Below, piece after piece: positions 41,381-53,045 of a stretch of 64,000 nucleotides of DNA. How positions within the stretch are numbered: the stretch's first letter is position 1; every line of letters begins with the position of its first letter. Both the position numbers and the translations under genes were made by a program. The notes beneath the pieces are model-generated. The model ran no database searches. It saw only the letters and a list, made by a program, of their open reading frames with translations, and was not told where the DNA came from. Origin of the DNA: Thermodesulfobacteriota bacterium (GTDB lineage Bacteria; Desulfobacterota; Desulfobacteria; Desulfobacterales; SURF-7); NCBI GenBank assembly GCA_049320885.1, contig JBMORA010000044.1, positions 1 to 64,000 of the forward strand, read 5' to 3'.

Positions 41381-43030
41381 ATGAGTGTTGTGGAAAACCG
41401 TTTGTCTGATTTCGGCAGAACCCGAAAGCCGGTCTATGGAAACAGCAGGATTTTTTTCCGGGCATTGTTGCTGGCCTGCCTCATCTTCTGCCGGCTGCTG
41501 TCTCCGGTCATGGCGGAGGAAGAGAAAGTCATTTTCGCCATTGACGGATTCGCCGTTGCCGGCAATACCCTGCTGCCGGAAGCGGAAATCGCCGTTGTTC
41601 TGGAACCCTTGGCCGGTCCACGCAAATCCGCTGAGGATGTGGAAACGGCCAGGACCGTCCTGGAAAAATTCTACCGCGACCAGGGATATCCCACGGTGAT
41701 GGTGAACATCCCGGAACAGGATGTCGAGAGCGGTACCATTCGCCTGGAAGTGGTGGAGGGCCGTGTCCGGAATCTGATCATCACCGGCAACCGGTACTTC
41801 ACCATGGAGAAAATCACCCGGGATCTGCCGTCCTTTGCTCCAGGCGAGATCGTTTACCTGCCCAGGGCCAGAAAAGAACTCGCCCGGATCAACCGCAATC
41901 CGGACTTCAAGGTCGCGCCGGTGATGAGCCCCGGCAAATATCCCGGAACCGTGGACGTGGAAATGAAGGTCAAGGACCGTCTGCCCCTGCACGGCAATTT
42001 GGAGGTGAACAACCGGGCCACCCACGACACCAGCGATCTGCGCCTGAACGCCGGCCTGCACTATGACAACCTCTGGCAGAAGGAGCATTCCATTTCCTTT
42101 CAATACCAGACCTCTCCCCTTGAGCCTGCGGAGGTCCAGGCCCTGTCCGGCTCCTACCTGCTGCGAGCGCCCTGGAACGACAACAACATGCTGGCATTGT
42201 TCGGCGTCTGGTCGGACAGCGATACGGCCTTCGGCGACGGCTTCGAAGTCATCGGCAAGGGGTTTCTGATGGGAGCGCGCTATGTGGTGCCCCTGCCGGA
42301 GGCGGATCGGTTTTCCCACCATGTCACTCTGGGGTTGGACTACAAGGATTTCGAGGAAAAAACCGGACTGAGCGGCGCTCCGGAGGACTCCGGAGATACG
42401 GTCCCCATCACCTATATGCCCTTATCCGTCGCCTACGGGGCCCAATTGCCGGACGCCGGCGGTCTCACGAAATTCGAGGCCGGGCTGAATCTCTGTTTCC
42501 GGGGCGCGGTGACCGACCAGCGGGAATTCGAGGACAAACGGTACAAGGCCAAGGGCAATTACCTCGCGTTCCGGCTGGGTATGGAACGAACCCAGCAACT
42601 GTTTGCCGGACTCAAAGGCTGGCTTCGCATGGACGGACAGCTTGCCAATCAACCCCTGGTGAACAATGAGCAGTATATCGCCGGCGGCATGACCAGCGTT
42701 CGCGGTTACAAGGAAAGCGAAGCCGTGGGGGATGACGCGTTTCATACCATGCTGGAACTGCGGGGGCCGGACTTGATGCGGCTGGTGAAGGGTGACAAAC
42801 GCTTCAAGATCAGACCCTTTTGTTTTTACGATTACGCCGCCCTGCGCATCCAGGATCCCCTTCCACTGGAGAACCAGCCGGAGGCCCTGCAGGGCGCGGG
42901 CTGCGGCGTGCGGGGCTATATCACCAATCATTTCGCCTATGAAGTGGACTGGGCCCTGGCCCTGGCCGACACGGACAAAGTAGCGGCCGGCGATTCCAGG
43001 GCGTATTTTCAAGGAAAATTCGAATTTTGA
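41381..43030 (+). CDS. ShlB/FhaC-family two-partner secretion transporter (TpsB)
   Basis: POTRA motifs GNTLL, YRDQGY, PEQ; SVRGYKE loop; terminal Phe. Confidence 0.93.
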   Translation: MSVVENRLSDFGRTRKPVYGNSRIFFRALLLACLIFCRLLSPVMAEEEKVIFAIDGFAVAGNTLLPEAEIAVVLEPLAGPRKSAEDVETARTVLEKFYRDQGYPTVMVNIPEQDVESGTIRLEVVEGRVRNLIITGNRYFTMEKITRDLPSFAPGEIVYLPRARKELARINRNPDFKVAPVMSPGKYPGTVDVEMKVKDRLPLHGNLEVNNRATHDTSDLRLNAGLHYDNLWQKEHSISFQYQTSPLEPAEVQALSGSYLLRAPWNDNNMLALFGVWSDSDTAFGDGFEVIGKGFLMGARYVVPLPEADRFSHHVTLGLDYKDFEEKTGLSGAPEDSGDTVPITYMPLSVAYGAQLPDAGGLTKFEAGLNLCFRGAVTDQREFEDKRYKAKGNYLAFRLGMERTQQLFAGLKGWLRMDGQLANQPLVNNEQYIAGGMTSVRGYKESEAVGDDAFHTMLELRGPDLMRLVKGDKRFKIRPFCFYDYAALRIQDPLPLENQPEALQGAGCGVRGYITNHFAYEVDWALALADTDKVAAGDSRAYFQGKFEF

Positions 43031-43043
43031 CAGGAGCCATGCC

Positions 43044-46000
43044 ATGACGGCCGCCGGAAAACCCAACTTTGCCAGAGCCAACCGTTTTTGGACCGCAATC
43101 ATCTGCGGCGCCGTGCTGATGCCCCTGATGGCCCTTGCGGGTCCCACCATCCCCGGATTCTATGGTTCGAGCAGCACGCCGGCGCCCAATCCTCCGGCTG
43201 CCGGGGCACTGCCGGTGGTCAAGGAGGTTGTCCAGAACGCCACACTCGAGAAAAAGACCGACACAAATCTGGTGGTGCACCAGACCGACTCCAAAGCCGT
43301 TATCAACTGGAAATCATTTAATATCGGCGCCAAGGCCTGGACCCATTTCGATCAGCAGGGCAACACGGACTGGACCGCCCTGAACCGCATTTACGACCAC
43401 AACCCCAGCCAGATCTTCGGCCGTCTCACCGCCGACGGTCGGGTCTACCTGATCAACCAGAACGGCATCCTCTTCGGCCCCGGCTCCCAGGTGAACGTGC
43501 ACACCCTTACCGCCTCAGCCCTGAACATCAGCGATGGCGATTTTCTGGACAACATTCTGCACTTCAACCTGGAGAATTACACGGGCCGGGAATACGGCGA
43601 GGACGATATCCCCCTGGCGGACCGGCGGGTGTCCAACCACGGCGATATCCAGGCCCGGGTGAACGGGTCGGTGTTCCTGCTGGGACCCCATGTGGAAAAC
43701 AGCGGCGCCATCGACGCCCCTTACGGCCAGGCGGCCCTGGGGGCCGGAACCGCCATCCGGCTGGAGAACGCCCAGGATTATCAAGGCCAGGAAAACAGCA
43801 CACGGGTGGCGCGGCTGGTCAATGTTACCGGGGGCGGTGGCACGGCGGACAATTTCGCCGGCGCCGAACTCACCGCGGACCAGGGTGTGGCCGGGATGTA
43901 CGGCGGTGTGGTGAACCAGGAGGGTTTGATCCGTTCCGTGACGGCGGTCAAGAAAGCCGGTCGTATCGAACTGATTGCCGCGGACAAGATCCGCCTGGGG
44001 GAGGAGAGCTGCACCCTCAGCCCCGTCAGCACCTCCACGGAAGCGGTGCACGAGTCCTTCACGTTTCAAGGCGGGGAAATCTATCTGCAGGGCCACGACC
44101 CGGACCAAGCCTGGCAATTTGACGCCACGGCCAACGACAACAATTTCTGCCGGCGCATCGAACTGTACGGCGATATCACGGCGCCTTCGGGCAAGGTCTA
44201 CGCCAACGCCCGGGAGCGCCTGTACATGGACGACCGCAGCACCATCGATGTGGGCGCCAGCGTGGTGGCCCTCGACGCCGGGGCCAACATTCTCAAAGCC
44301 CAATTGAACAGCGTGGAAATGCGCGACGATTACGGCCAGAAGGGCGGCATTCTGCAAGGCGAGACGATTTATTTCGACGCCCATGCCGGATCGGCGGTGG
44401 GCAATATGTCCCAGCATCTGGCCTCCGAGGAAAAAACCGCCCTGGAGCGCAGCGCGGAAACGAGCGGCACCATCCAGCTGGCGGCCAAATCCGGGGACCT
44501 GATCATCAGGGAAAACGCCCGGCTCGATTTCGCCGGCGGCGGCGTCTGGTACAACTCCGGCAATGTGGCCACCACCAAACTGGTCTCCGGCCGCCGGGTG
44601 TACGATATCAGCGCGGCCCCCCAGTGGATCGCCTATGATACAATCCTGGGGGACAATGTCAAGGGAGTGTCCTACGGCGGTCCTGCCGGCCTGAAGGAAT
44701 ACGGCGCCATGCATTTCGAGGGCTCGGACGCCGGCATTTTGAACCTCTATGCCAGCCGCCTAGTCCTGGACGGCGAACTGGACGGCCGGGCCTTTGCCGG
44801 CGCCTACCAGACCCTGGCCGACAACCCCACGGACGAGTACGGCGATGACGCGGCCCGGGGACTGGCCGAGCCGCAGGGCGGATCCTTGACCGTGGGATAC
44901 GATAACAAAGACAATGACAGTGCGGCGACGGACCGCCAGACCGAACGAATCGTGCTGAAGCAGGCTGTGGCCCCGGCCACCGAAATGACCGCCGAGACCC
45001 CCTATTATGAACGCTATCCCGGCAAGCAGGGGCTGGTCTATAGCGAATCCGGCGATGCGGTCCAGACCAGTTATCTTGCCACGGAAAAGCTGAACGCGGC
45101 CGGCCTCGGCAGCATCAGCCTCAACGCCAACACGGAAATCCGCCTGGAAACCGGTGCCGACCTGGAGCTGGCGCCCGGCGCTAGCCTCACCTGCACGGCC
45201 CGGGGTATCGACATCAACAGCAGCATCCACATTCCATCCGGCACCGTGAATTTGACAGCCCAGGATTCCCATACCGGGTTCGCGGGCGACACCTATGTGG
45301 CCATGCCGGAACAGATCCACCTGGGGGAGCATGCGGTGGTTTCCACCGCCGGGGAGCGCGTCGACAACACCCGGATCCGTTCCGGTGAAGCCGCCGTTGC
45401 TGAAGTCGGTAGGCTGGACGGCGGCAATGTCTACCTGGACGACCGGATCGACACCAACATGACCGGCAACCAGGCGGGGGTCCTTGTCGACGGCGGCGCC
45501 CGCGTGGATGTCAGCGCCGGCTGGCGCATCGACCGGGAAGGTGGGGTCACGGGCGGCGACGCCGGCACCTTGCGGCTCCAGTCTGCCATGATGGCTCTGG
45601 ACGGCAGCCTCCAGGGCCTGTCCCTTTCGGGTTCTTCCGGCGGGAAACTGGAAATCCAGACCCGTTATCTGACCATTGCGTCGGCCGGAGCCGATCCGGC
45701 GCGAATCGATGCTTCCGGCATGGTGTTGGCGGATGATCGTTTTGCGGACAGCGGGTTCGGTAAGTACAAATTATGGGCCGTGGACGATGTCCGCCTGCTG
45801 GAAGGCGTCCGCCTGACGCCGTCACTGACGAAACTCGCTGATCCCGTACCATCGTCTGCTGTCCTTCCGGGGGCCGACAGCCGGACCGTCCGGGATTCCG
45901 GAGCGGCGGATTCGGCGAATGTCCGGCAAACCCTGGAAGTTTCCGTTGATGACATCGGCGCCACGAGTATCAGTCTCCAGACCGATAAAAGTTTTGAAGG

Positions 46001-49000
46001 CATTTTTTATGATGCCGGAGAGCTGAACACCCCGGCGGAAATGACCATCGCCGCCGGGGCGGTCATTGCCCTGCCGCCGGAAGGGAGTATTTTCCTGAAA
46101 TCGGCCGGCGCAATGGAAATGGCCGGCGAACTTATGGCGCCGGCCGGCGCCATCGATCTGGCCACGACCTACACCGGTTCAGACCTGACCATCGGCCCGG
46201 ATGCCGTTATCTCCGCTGCCGGATACAACCGTCCGGAAGCGGAAAGCCCGCTTTCTTCCGGTATGCCGGTGCACTATACACCACTTGACGGCGGCAACAT
46301 CCGCCTGAACGCCGGGCCGGGCAGCCTGGTGGTGGGGGAAAACGCGGTCCTGGATGTTTCCGGATCCGCGACCGTGGAGCAGGTTCAGGCCAGCGGTGAC
46401 GGCGCCATCCAAAAAACCATTGCGGCCAGCGAACCCGGTTCCATCGAGCTTGCTTTTTATGACAGCCTGGACATTTCCAGCCATGCCGAACTGCTGGGCA
46501 ATGCCGCCCTTGCCGGTCTTCCGGGAGGGGCACTGACCATCGAGCGCACCAATCCTTCCGCAGGCCTGTCCCTGTCGGCGGCAGGCTTGCAGACCTCCGC
46601 CGATGGCGTCGTGAGCATTCAACCCTGGGCGGACCGGGCCTGCGGGTTCGACGCCCTGACCATCAGAAGCGGCCATGAGATCACGTTTATGGAAAGCCTG
46701 AACCTTCGCACGGCCCGGAGCATCACCCTGGACGCGCCCCTGCTGCGCACCCGGGGAATGACCGGCGTGACCGTCGAGGCTCCCTGGGTGACCCTCGGCA
46801 ACACCACCAATTCGTATGGAGCGGACCGCAACGCCGGTGTGGAAGCCGGAAACGGTGTTTTTCAGGTGCTGGCGGACTGGATCGATCTCAAGGGCGATAT
46901 CCGCATCACCGGCGTGGCCGCTGACACGCCGGGTGTCCGGCTGGTTGCGGAACGGGATATCCGCCTGGATGACGAGTATTATGTAAAGATTCAGCCGGCG
47001 ATGTACTATCAGGGATTGCTGTCGGTTCCCGGCGATATCACCATGACCGCCGCCCGGATCTACCCCACCACCCAGACCGATTTCACCATATCCACCGGCG
47101 GCACCCTGACCACCGCCTATTCCTTTGAACCCATTGGCGGGCCGGTGTATTCCGCAGCCAGCAGCCTGACGATTCTGGCCGGCAGCCTCCATCACCAGGG
47201 GGCACTGCTTTCGCCCATGGGCCGGATCGTGCTGGCCGAAGATATGGAAACCCGGATCGTGAACGGGGTTTCCATCATCGATTATCTGCCCATGGAGCGG
47301 GTGTTTCTGGCCCCCGGCAGCCTCCTGTCCGTCAAGGGGGATGCCCGGGTGAACTACGGCGGTTTCGATGAACAGGCCATTGCCTGGCGCTATATCGATA
47401 AAGCCAAACATGAACAGGTGCCCACCTCCGAAATCCAGGCGGCGCCGGAAAGATCCATCACCATCGAAGGCCGGGAGGTGATCGTGCGAAACGACGCCGA
47501 AATCGATGTTTCCGGCGGCGGCAGCCTGTTCGGATACCGGTTTCTGAAAGGCATCGAGGGCAGCCTGGACCCCCTGGGCGTGGGCGGCCGGTACGTGATT
47601 CTGCCCGACAACCGTTTCGCCGTTCCTGGACGGATGATTCACCTGTCCGGCGTCGACGGTCTGAAAGAAGGGAATTATTACTTGCTGCCCGAGGAATTCG
47701 CCTTTCTTGAGGACGCCATCGTCATTACCGACCTGGGAGTCAATCTCAACCCGGTGAAGGCCGCGCTCACGGAAGAAGGCTATCCCATTGTAACCGGGCA
47801 AAGCGTGTTCAGTGAAAGTGGCGGACAGTCACCCGTGGTGCACGAGTATTCCGTGCGCAAAGCGGAGGATGTGCGCAAGGAAGGCTATTTTGCCCAGGAC
47901 TCCCTGCCGGCCGCTGATGCCGGCGATATCGTCATCACCGGCGCCAGCACGGTTTTCGACGGTGATATCAGCGCCGATCCGTTGACGGCCGAGGAAGCCG
48001 GCACGGATGCGGGGGGAAAAGGCGGGCTGCTGTCCCTGAGCGGCGTCAACATCACCGTGGGAGCTGTCGGCGGGACGACTGCCATCGATTTTGAGGACGA
48101 GCTGTCGGCGGACATGCTTGACCAGTTGATCGTGGGCCCTGAAGCCCTGGCAGGCGGCGACTTGAGCAAAATCGTTCTGGGAGATCCAGAGGTGACCCAA
48201 ACCATTGTGATCGGCCAGGGCGGCAAGCTTGCCGCCAGCGAGATCGACCTCACGGCCGCCAAGGACATCCAAGTGGCCGGCGGGGCCGAAATCGTCGTCC
48301 GGGAAGGCGCCGGGAAGGTCGACTTCAGCAGCGGAAAGGAAATCCGCATCGATTCCGGTGCGGAAGTGAGCGCCGCTGAAATAAGTCTGGACACCCATGA
48401 GCTGGTTCTGGAAGGGGACGTGAATCCCGGAGAATCCCTGACCCTGGCCGGCGACTCCATCTATCTTGTGGACGACGGATATGGGGGGAGCGTCGCGGAT
48501 TTGGAGGGCCTGGTGCTCCGGGAAGGCGATTGGGCGAAGTTCAATACCGGCGCCATCAAGCTGCAAAGCCGGTCCGTCTTGACGTTGATCGGGGAAGTGG
48601 ACCTGGACGTAAGCGGTGGCGCCGGCGCATTGAGCATCGACACGGCCGGCATCCGGGGCCGGGAGACCACCGCGATCAGCACACTGACCGCCGGCGCCAT
48701 CCGGCTGACCAACACCGGAGCCGGTTTCAGCGATGACGGCGGTGAAAGCCAGGGCCGACTGGAACTGAAGGCCGGTGACAGGTTTACCGTGGGACCCGGC
48801 GAGATGCGGGTCCGCGGCTTTGAAACCATCCTGCTGGCCGGCGGCGAAGAACTGGTTTTCCAGGGCGCGGGCAGCCTGGTAACCGGCAATGCCCATCTGC
48901 TTCTGGAATCCGGGGTTGTCCGTACATCGGCTTTCCAGGAGAAGGTTCTTGCCGCCACCGGGGAACTATTGCTGGCAAGCCGGCCGGCCGATTTCCGAAT

Positions 49001-52000
49001 CCAGACCGGGTCCGGCGATCTGCGGATCATGGCGCCGCAAGCGGCCGGCGGTTCAACCGGTGCAACAGCGGTGGCCGGCAGCCTGTCCCTGGAGGGGGAC
49101 GGCGTTTTCATCGGCAGCCTGGTGGATGTGGCCGGCGGGAGCTTCAAGGCGGTCAGCCACGGGGAGGGGGTCGTCCTGGAGACAGGCGGCCGCATTGCTG
49201 CTGTGGAAGAGGGCGCCGCATCCGGCGGACGAATCGAACTGGCGGCGGACAACGGCGGCTCGGTAACGATCATGGAAGGTTCCCGCCTGGATGTCTCCGG
49301 CGGGGGTGACGCCGGCAGCATCCACCTGACCGCTCCCCGGGGCGGCGCGACCGTGGACGGGGAACTCCGGGCGGAACACGGCGCAGCCGAAAGGGGCGGC
49401 GAATTCAGCCTGGACACCGGCGCCATCGATGATTTCGCCTCTCTGTCATCCCTGCTGGCCGACGGCGGTTTCGATGAAGCCGTTTCCCTGCGATCCCGCA
49501 CCGGTGATGTGAATCTGTCCGCGGATATCGCGGCCCATGAGTTTGCACTCACCGTCGACGGCGGCGGCATCAGCCTGACCCATGCTGTTCAGGCCGGCGG
49601 CATGGAAGGCGGGCGGGTGGAACTGAATGCAGTCGGCGATATTGTCCTGTCTTCCGGAGCGCGGATCGACGCTGGTGCCCGGGAGACCGGCCAGGACGGC
49701 GGGTTTGTGCAACTCCATTCCTCGACGGGCGCCATCGATCTCCAGGGTGACAGCGAGATACTGGTGTCCGGCGCCGGGACCGGCCAGGACGGCGAAGTTC
49801 TGCTGCGGGCTGGACAGAACGGGACCGCCGGACCGGCCATGACCCTGAACGGGAACATCACCGGCGCAGCCGCCGTGAATGTCGAAAGCGTGACGGTTTA
49901 TAAGGATCAGACATCCATCGACAGCGCCCGGCTGGCCGCCTGGAAGGAAAAACTGCGCGCCGACATGAACGCCATGACCGCTGGTGGCGTTAAAAACCGG
50001 ATGACGGCCGGCCTGAATATGCGGGACCGCTCCGGCGCGTCCCTGTCCGGCGACGAGGAAACTGCCCGGCTGCATCTCAAGCCGGGGCTGGAAGTGCGCA
50101 GCACGGAAACCGGAGGCCTGAGCCTGGATACGGATTGGACCTTACACCCCGCATCGGCTGCAGACACAGGCTGGCGCTTCGGCGGAGAAGCTGGGGCATT
50201 GACCTTGCGGTCGGCGGGTGATCTGACCGTCAACGGCTCCATTATCGACAACCCGTCTGCATCCGCCGGCCTCAGTCTTCCGGCCGGACTGGATTCCTGG
50301 GATATCCGCTTCACGGCCGGAGCGGATCTGGCCGGCGCCGATCCCGGGGCCGCAATCACCGGTTCCGGGGATCTGAAGATCCAGAACAATCGTCAGATCT
50401 ACACCGAAAGCGGCCGGATCATGTTTTCATCGGCCGGCGACGCCATTCTGGGCGCGACCGGCAGCGTCTCCACCACCGTCTTTCCCTATTGTCTCGCCAC
50501 CCATGCCGGCGACATCCGCGGCCGGGTGGGGCGTAATCTGGAACTCAGCGGCAGCGACATTCAGAGCGGCACCGGCGACATTGGGATCGACGTTGGCGGT
50601 AATCTGATTGCCGGACAAAGCGGTTCCGGCGCCACCAGGCATGTGGGCTCCATCCGCACCACCGGCGAGGCGCCGGGAGACGGAGCAACTGCCAAAGACT
50701 ACTGGGATTACCGCAACGGCGGGGACATTGAAGTGAACGTGGGCGGGGACGTGCTCGCCGCCGTAAACCGCAATGCCTGGGATTCCCGGGAGCAGAAAAT
50801 CGATCTGGAGACCCAGACCGTGACCTACATGTGGTCCCCCAGTTTCAAGGGGGTATCTGGCACCCAAGGGTTCGCCACCCTGGGCGGAGGAAATCTCTCG
50901 ATCCAGGCTGGCGGAGATTTTATCGGCCAGGGCGGCGCCTTCGGACCCGGCGATGTCATCATTGATTCGGGCAACGATCTGGACGGGTATTTTCTGGTCA
51001 ACCAGGGCCGCGGCCTGTTCACCGCCCGCGGCAATTACGGCCTGAATGCCAAATATCCGGATCAAAGCATCGAACTAATGGCCGCAACGGCGGAGGTGAG
51101 GGCCGGAGGCAGCGTTTATCTGGGCACGGTGTTCAACCCCACCATCGCCGGGGATGTGTTCTGGGCCTCCTTCGGCGGCAAGAATCCGGAATGGAACATG
51201 ACCTATGCCTGTGACGGATGGGATGATCCGGAGAATCCCGGCGCCGCCGGTTTTAACAGCGGCATTTCCCTGACAGCCCGTGCTGGCGATGTGCTGTTGA
51301 GCGGCGAAAAACCGCCCGGTTCGTTCACGGAATCCTATTTGGAGGGAATCCAGCGCCTTCTGCCGCCAGTGGTTTCGGTCAGCGCTTTCCGGGATATCTA
51401 TCTCGAAAATGATTTCTTCCTGGCGCCTTCCCCGAAGGGGAATTTGACCCTGTCCGCCGGCCGGGACATCCATGCGGAAACCGGCAAGCAGCCGGCCAAC
51501 CTGGTCATGTCGGACCTGGATCCGGCCACTCTTTACGGAAGGCAAACGGCGGCGGACTGGAATGTGTCAACAAATGCCGACGTGAGCAGGAGCATCGTCG
51601 CCAAACTGATTACCACGCGCGGCCGCGCCGTCGAATCCCACAGCGCCCGGCCGGTCCATGCGGACGATGACGAGCCGGTGCGCATCCAGGCCGGCAATGA
51701 CATCATCAAGCTGAAAATGGTTCTGCCCAAACAGGCGGAAATCACGGCGGGTCATGACCTAGTGGATATCGGTTACATGGGACAGAACGTCCGGGAAGGG
51801 GACGAGAGCCGCGTCCGGGCCGGCCACGACATCCGCTTCAGCGCCGAAGCGGCCAGTACGGATTCACTCAAATACATCTGGCAGGGCGGCCCGGGCCTCC
51901 TGCTGGTGTCGGCCGGCAACCGCATCGATCTGGGCGCTTCCGACGGTATCGAAGCCACCGGCACCTTGTGGAATCCCGCCTTGCCGGATACGAGCGGCGT

Positions 52001-53045
52001 CCTGGCCGTGGCGTCCGGATACGACCTGGACCGCACCGAGGCGGAGTTCCGCAGGTTTTTTTCCGACTTGAAAGCGCCCGGCAAGGAAGTGGCGGAAAAA
52101 CTGGCCCGGGGGGAAATCGAGGAAGGGCAGGCCCGGGCCAGGGAAATAAAGGAGGAACAGATTGATCCCTTTCTGTCGGCCGGAGCCGGTGAAGCCGGAA
52201 GCACCATACAATCCGCCGCCGTGGAAACCGGCGCCAACAAGGGTGACATCGACATGGTATTGTCCCGCATCGATTCCCTGGGTTCCAGGCATGATGTCTA
52301 TATCGCCGCCGCCGGCACCATGAACGTGGGCCGCAGCACCCTGGACAATAAGGACAGCAGCAGACAGACGGGCATTTTCACCGCCGGCGGCGGGGAGATC
52401 GGCATCTACTCCGCGGAGGACGTCAATGTGAACGAATCCCGGGTGATGACCTTTTTCGGCGGCGACATCCTGACCTGGAGCGACGGCAATATCAACGCCG
52501 GCCGTGGTTCCCGGACTGCCATCAATCTCCAGAGCGCCAAGCTGACCAAGGACAAGGAGACCGGCGCCTATTCCGTACAATTCCAGCCCCCGGCCGTGGG
52601 CAGCGGCATGCGCACCCTGACCTTCGATCCGGACGGCGCGGGGCCTGAAATCCAACCGGAATACGGCGACATCTACCTCGTCGCCCCCTACGGGGAGATC
52701 GACGCCGGCGAAGCCGGCATCGCCGGCCGGAACATATTCCTGGGGGCCAAATCCGTGGTGAATGTGCAGAATATCAGTTTTTCCCAGGGCGCCATCGGCG
52801 TGCCCAGCGCATCGGAAACCGCCGCCGGCCTGGGTTCCCTGACCGGAGGAGGGGCCGTGAGCGAGGCCGCGAAAATGTCCGAAACCGCCGGATCGGCCAT
52901 GGAAGAGGCCAACAAGCGGTTCGAGGAAGACGCCAAGGCCATGGAGGAGACATTCATGCCTTCCTGGCTGCGGGTGGAATTCATGGGATTTGACGTGGAA
53001 GACGGAGGATGGACCGAAGAAGATGAAAACGATAAAAAACCATAA
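43044..53045 (+). CDS. Filamentous haemagglutinin-like TpsA exoprotein with DUF3739-like C-terminus (3333 aa)
   Basis: INWKSFNIG, NPSQIFG, YLINQNGILFG TPS domain; beta-helix repeats; GNINAGRGSRT...IDAGEAGI. Confidence 0.92.
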   Translation: MTAAGKPNFARANRFWTAIICGAVLMPLMALAGPTIPGFYGSSSTPAPNPPAAGALPVVKEVVQNATLEKKTDTNLVVHQTDSKAVINWKSFNIGAKAWTHFDQQGNTDWTALNRIYDHNPSQIFGRLTADGRVYLINQNGILFGPGSQVNVHTLTASALNISDGDFLDNILHFNLENYTGREYGEDDIPLADRRVSNHGDIQARVNGSVFLLGPHVENSGAIDAPYGQAALGAGTAIRLENAQDYQGQENSTRVARLVNVTGGGGTADNFAGAELTADQGVAGMYGGVVNQEGLIRSVTAVKKAGRIELIAADKIRLGEESCTLSPVSTSTEAVHESFTFQGGEIYLQGHDPDQAWQFDATANDNNFCRRIELYGDITAPSGKVYANARERLYMDDRSTIDVGASVVALDAGANILKAQLNSVEMRDDYGQKGGILQGETIYFDAHAGSAVGNMSQHLASEEKTALERSAETSGTIQLAAKSGDLIIRENARLDFAGGGVWYNSGNVATTKLVSGRRVYDISAAPQWIAYDTILGDNVKGVSYGGPAGLKEYGAMHFEGSDAGILNLYASRLVLDGELDGRAFAGAYQTLADNPTDEYGDDAARGLAEPQGGSLTVGYDNKDNDSAATDRQTERIVLKQAVAPATEMTAETPYYERYPGKQGLVYSESGDAVQTSYLATEKLNAAGLGSISLNANTEIRLETGADLELAPGASLTCTARGIDINSSIHIPSGTVNLTAQDSHTGFAGDTYVAMPEQIHLGEHAVVSTAGERVDNTRIRSGEAAVAEVGRLDGGNVYLDDRIDTNMTGNQAGVLVDGGARVDVSAGWRIDREGGVTGGDAGTLRLQSAMMALDGSLQGLSLSGSSGGKLEIQTRYLTIASAGADPARIDASGMVLADDRFADSGFGKYKLWAVDDVRLLEGVRLTPSLTKLADPVPSSAVLPGADSRTVRDSGAADSANVRQTLEVSVDDIGATSISLQTDKSFEGIFYDAGELNTPAEMTIAAGAVIALPPEGSIFLKSAGAMEMAGELMAPAGAIDLATTYTGSDLTIGPDAVISAAGYNRPEAESPLSSGMPVHYTPLDGGNIRLNAGPGSLVVGENAVLDVSGSATVEQVQASGDGAIQKTIAASEPGSIELAFYDSLDISSHAELLGNAALAGLPGGALTIERTNPSAGLSLSAAGLQTSADGVVSIQPWADRACGFDALTIRSGHEITFMESLNLRTARSITLDAPLLRTRGMTGVTVEAPWVTLGNTTNSYGADRNAGVEAGNGVFQVLADWIDLKGDIRITGVAADTPGVRLVAERDIRLDDEYYVKIQPAMYYQGLLSVPGDITMTAARIYPTTQTDFTISTGGTLTTAYSFEPIGGPVYSAASSLTILAGSLHHQGALLSPMGRIVLAEDMETRIVNGVSIIDYLPMERVFLAPGSLLSVKGDARVNYGGFDEQAIAWRYIDKAKHEQVPTSEIQAAPERSITIEGREVIVRNDAEIDVSGGGSLFGYRFLKGIEGSLDPLGVGGRYVILPDNRFAVPGRMIHLSGVDGLKEGNYYLLPEEFAFLEDAIVITDLGVNLNPVKAALTEEGYPIVTGQSVFSESGGQSPVVHEYSVRKAEDVRKEGYFAQDSLPAADAGDIVITGASTVFDGDISADPLTAEEAGTDAGGKGGLLSLSGVNITVGAVGGTTAIDFEDELSADMLDQLIVGPEALAGGDLSKIVLGDPEVTQTIVIGQGGKLAASEIDLTAAKDIQVAGGAEIVVREGAGKVDFSSGKEIRIDSGAEVSAAEISLDTHELVLEGDVNPGESLTLAGDSIYLVDDGYGGSVADLEGLVLREGDWAKFNTGAIKLQSRSVLTLIGEVDLDVSGGAGALSIDTAGIRGRETTAISTLTAGAIRLTNTGAGFSDDGGESQGRLELKAGDRFTVGPGEMRVRGFETILLAGGEELVFQGAGSLVTGNAHLLLESGVVRTSAFQEKVLAATGELLLASRPADFRIQTGSGDLRIMAPQAAGGSTGATAVAGSLSLEGDGVFIGSLVDVAGGSFKAVSHGEGVVLETGGRIAAVEEGAASGGRIELAADNGGSVTIMEGSRLDVSGGGDAGSIHLTAPRGGATVDGELRAEHGAAERGGEFSLDTGAIDDFASLSSLLADGGFDEAVSLRSRTGDVNLSADIAAHEFALTVDGGGISLTHAVQAGGMEGGRVELNAVGDIVLSSGARIDAGARETGQDGGFVQLHSSTGAIDLQGDSEILVSGAGTGQDGEVLLRAGQNGTAGPAMTLNGNITGAAAVNVESVTVYKDQTSIDSARLAAWKEKLRADMNAMTAGGVKNRMTAGLNMRDRSGASLSGDEETARLHLKPGLEVRSTETGGLSLDTDWTLHPASAADTGWRFGGEAGALTLRSAGDLTVNGSIIDNPSASAGLSLPAGLDSWDIRFTAGADLAGADPGAAITGSGDLKIQNNRQIYTESGRIMFSSAGDAILGATGSVSTTVFPYCLATHAGDIRGRVGRNLELSGSDIQSGTGDIGIDVGGNLIAGQSGSGATRHVGSIRTTGEAPGDGATAKDYWDYRNGGDIEVNVGGDVLAAVNRNAWDSREQKIDLETQTVTYMWSPSFKGVSGTQGFATLGGGNLSIQAGGDFIGQGGAFGPGDVIIDSGNDLDGYFLVNQGRGLFTARGNYGLNAKYPDQSIELMAATAEVRAGGSVYLGTVFNPTIAGDVFWASFGGKNPEWNMTYACDGWDDPENPGAAGFNSGISLTARAGDVLLSGEKPPGSFTESYLEGIQRLLPPVVSVSAFRDIYLENDFFLAPSPKGNLTLSAGRDIHAETGKQPANLVMSDLDPATLYGRQTAADWNVSTNADVSRSIVAKLITTRGRAVESHSARPVHADDDEPVRIQAGNDIIKLKMVLPKQAEITAGHDLVDIGYMGQNVREGDESRVRAGHDIRFSAEAASTDSLKYIWQGGPGLLLVSAGNRIDLGASDGIEATGTLWNPALPDTSGVLAVASGYDLDRTEAEFRRFFSDLKAPGKEVAEKLARGEIEEGQARAREIKEEQIDPFLSAGAGEAGSTIQSAAVETGANKGDIDMVLSRIDSLGSRHDVYIAAAGTMNVGRSTLDNKDSSRQTGIFTAGGGEIGIYSAEDVNVNESRVMTFFGGDILTWSDGNINAGRGSRTAINLQSAKLTKDKETGAYSVQFQPPAVGSGMRTLTFDPDGAGPEIQPEYGDIYLVAPYGEIDAGEAGIAGRNIFLGAKSVVNVQNISFSQGAIGVPSASETAAGLGSLTGGGAVSEAAKMSETAGSAMEEANKRFEEDAKAMEETFMPSWLRVEFMGFDVEDGGWTEEDENDKKP

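Noticed and set aside
43044..53045. TpsA as a contact-dependent inhibition toxin
   Set aside because: No VENN/ELYN-type motif, toxin tip or immunity gene; the C-terminus is DUF3739-like and followed by exbB
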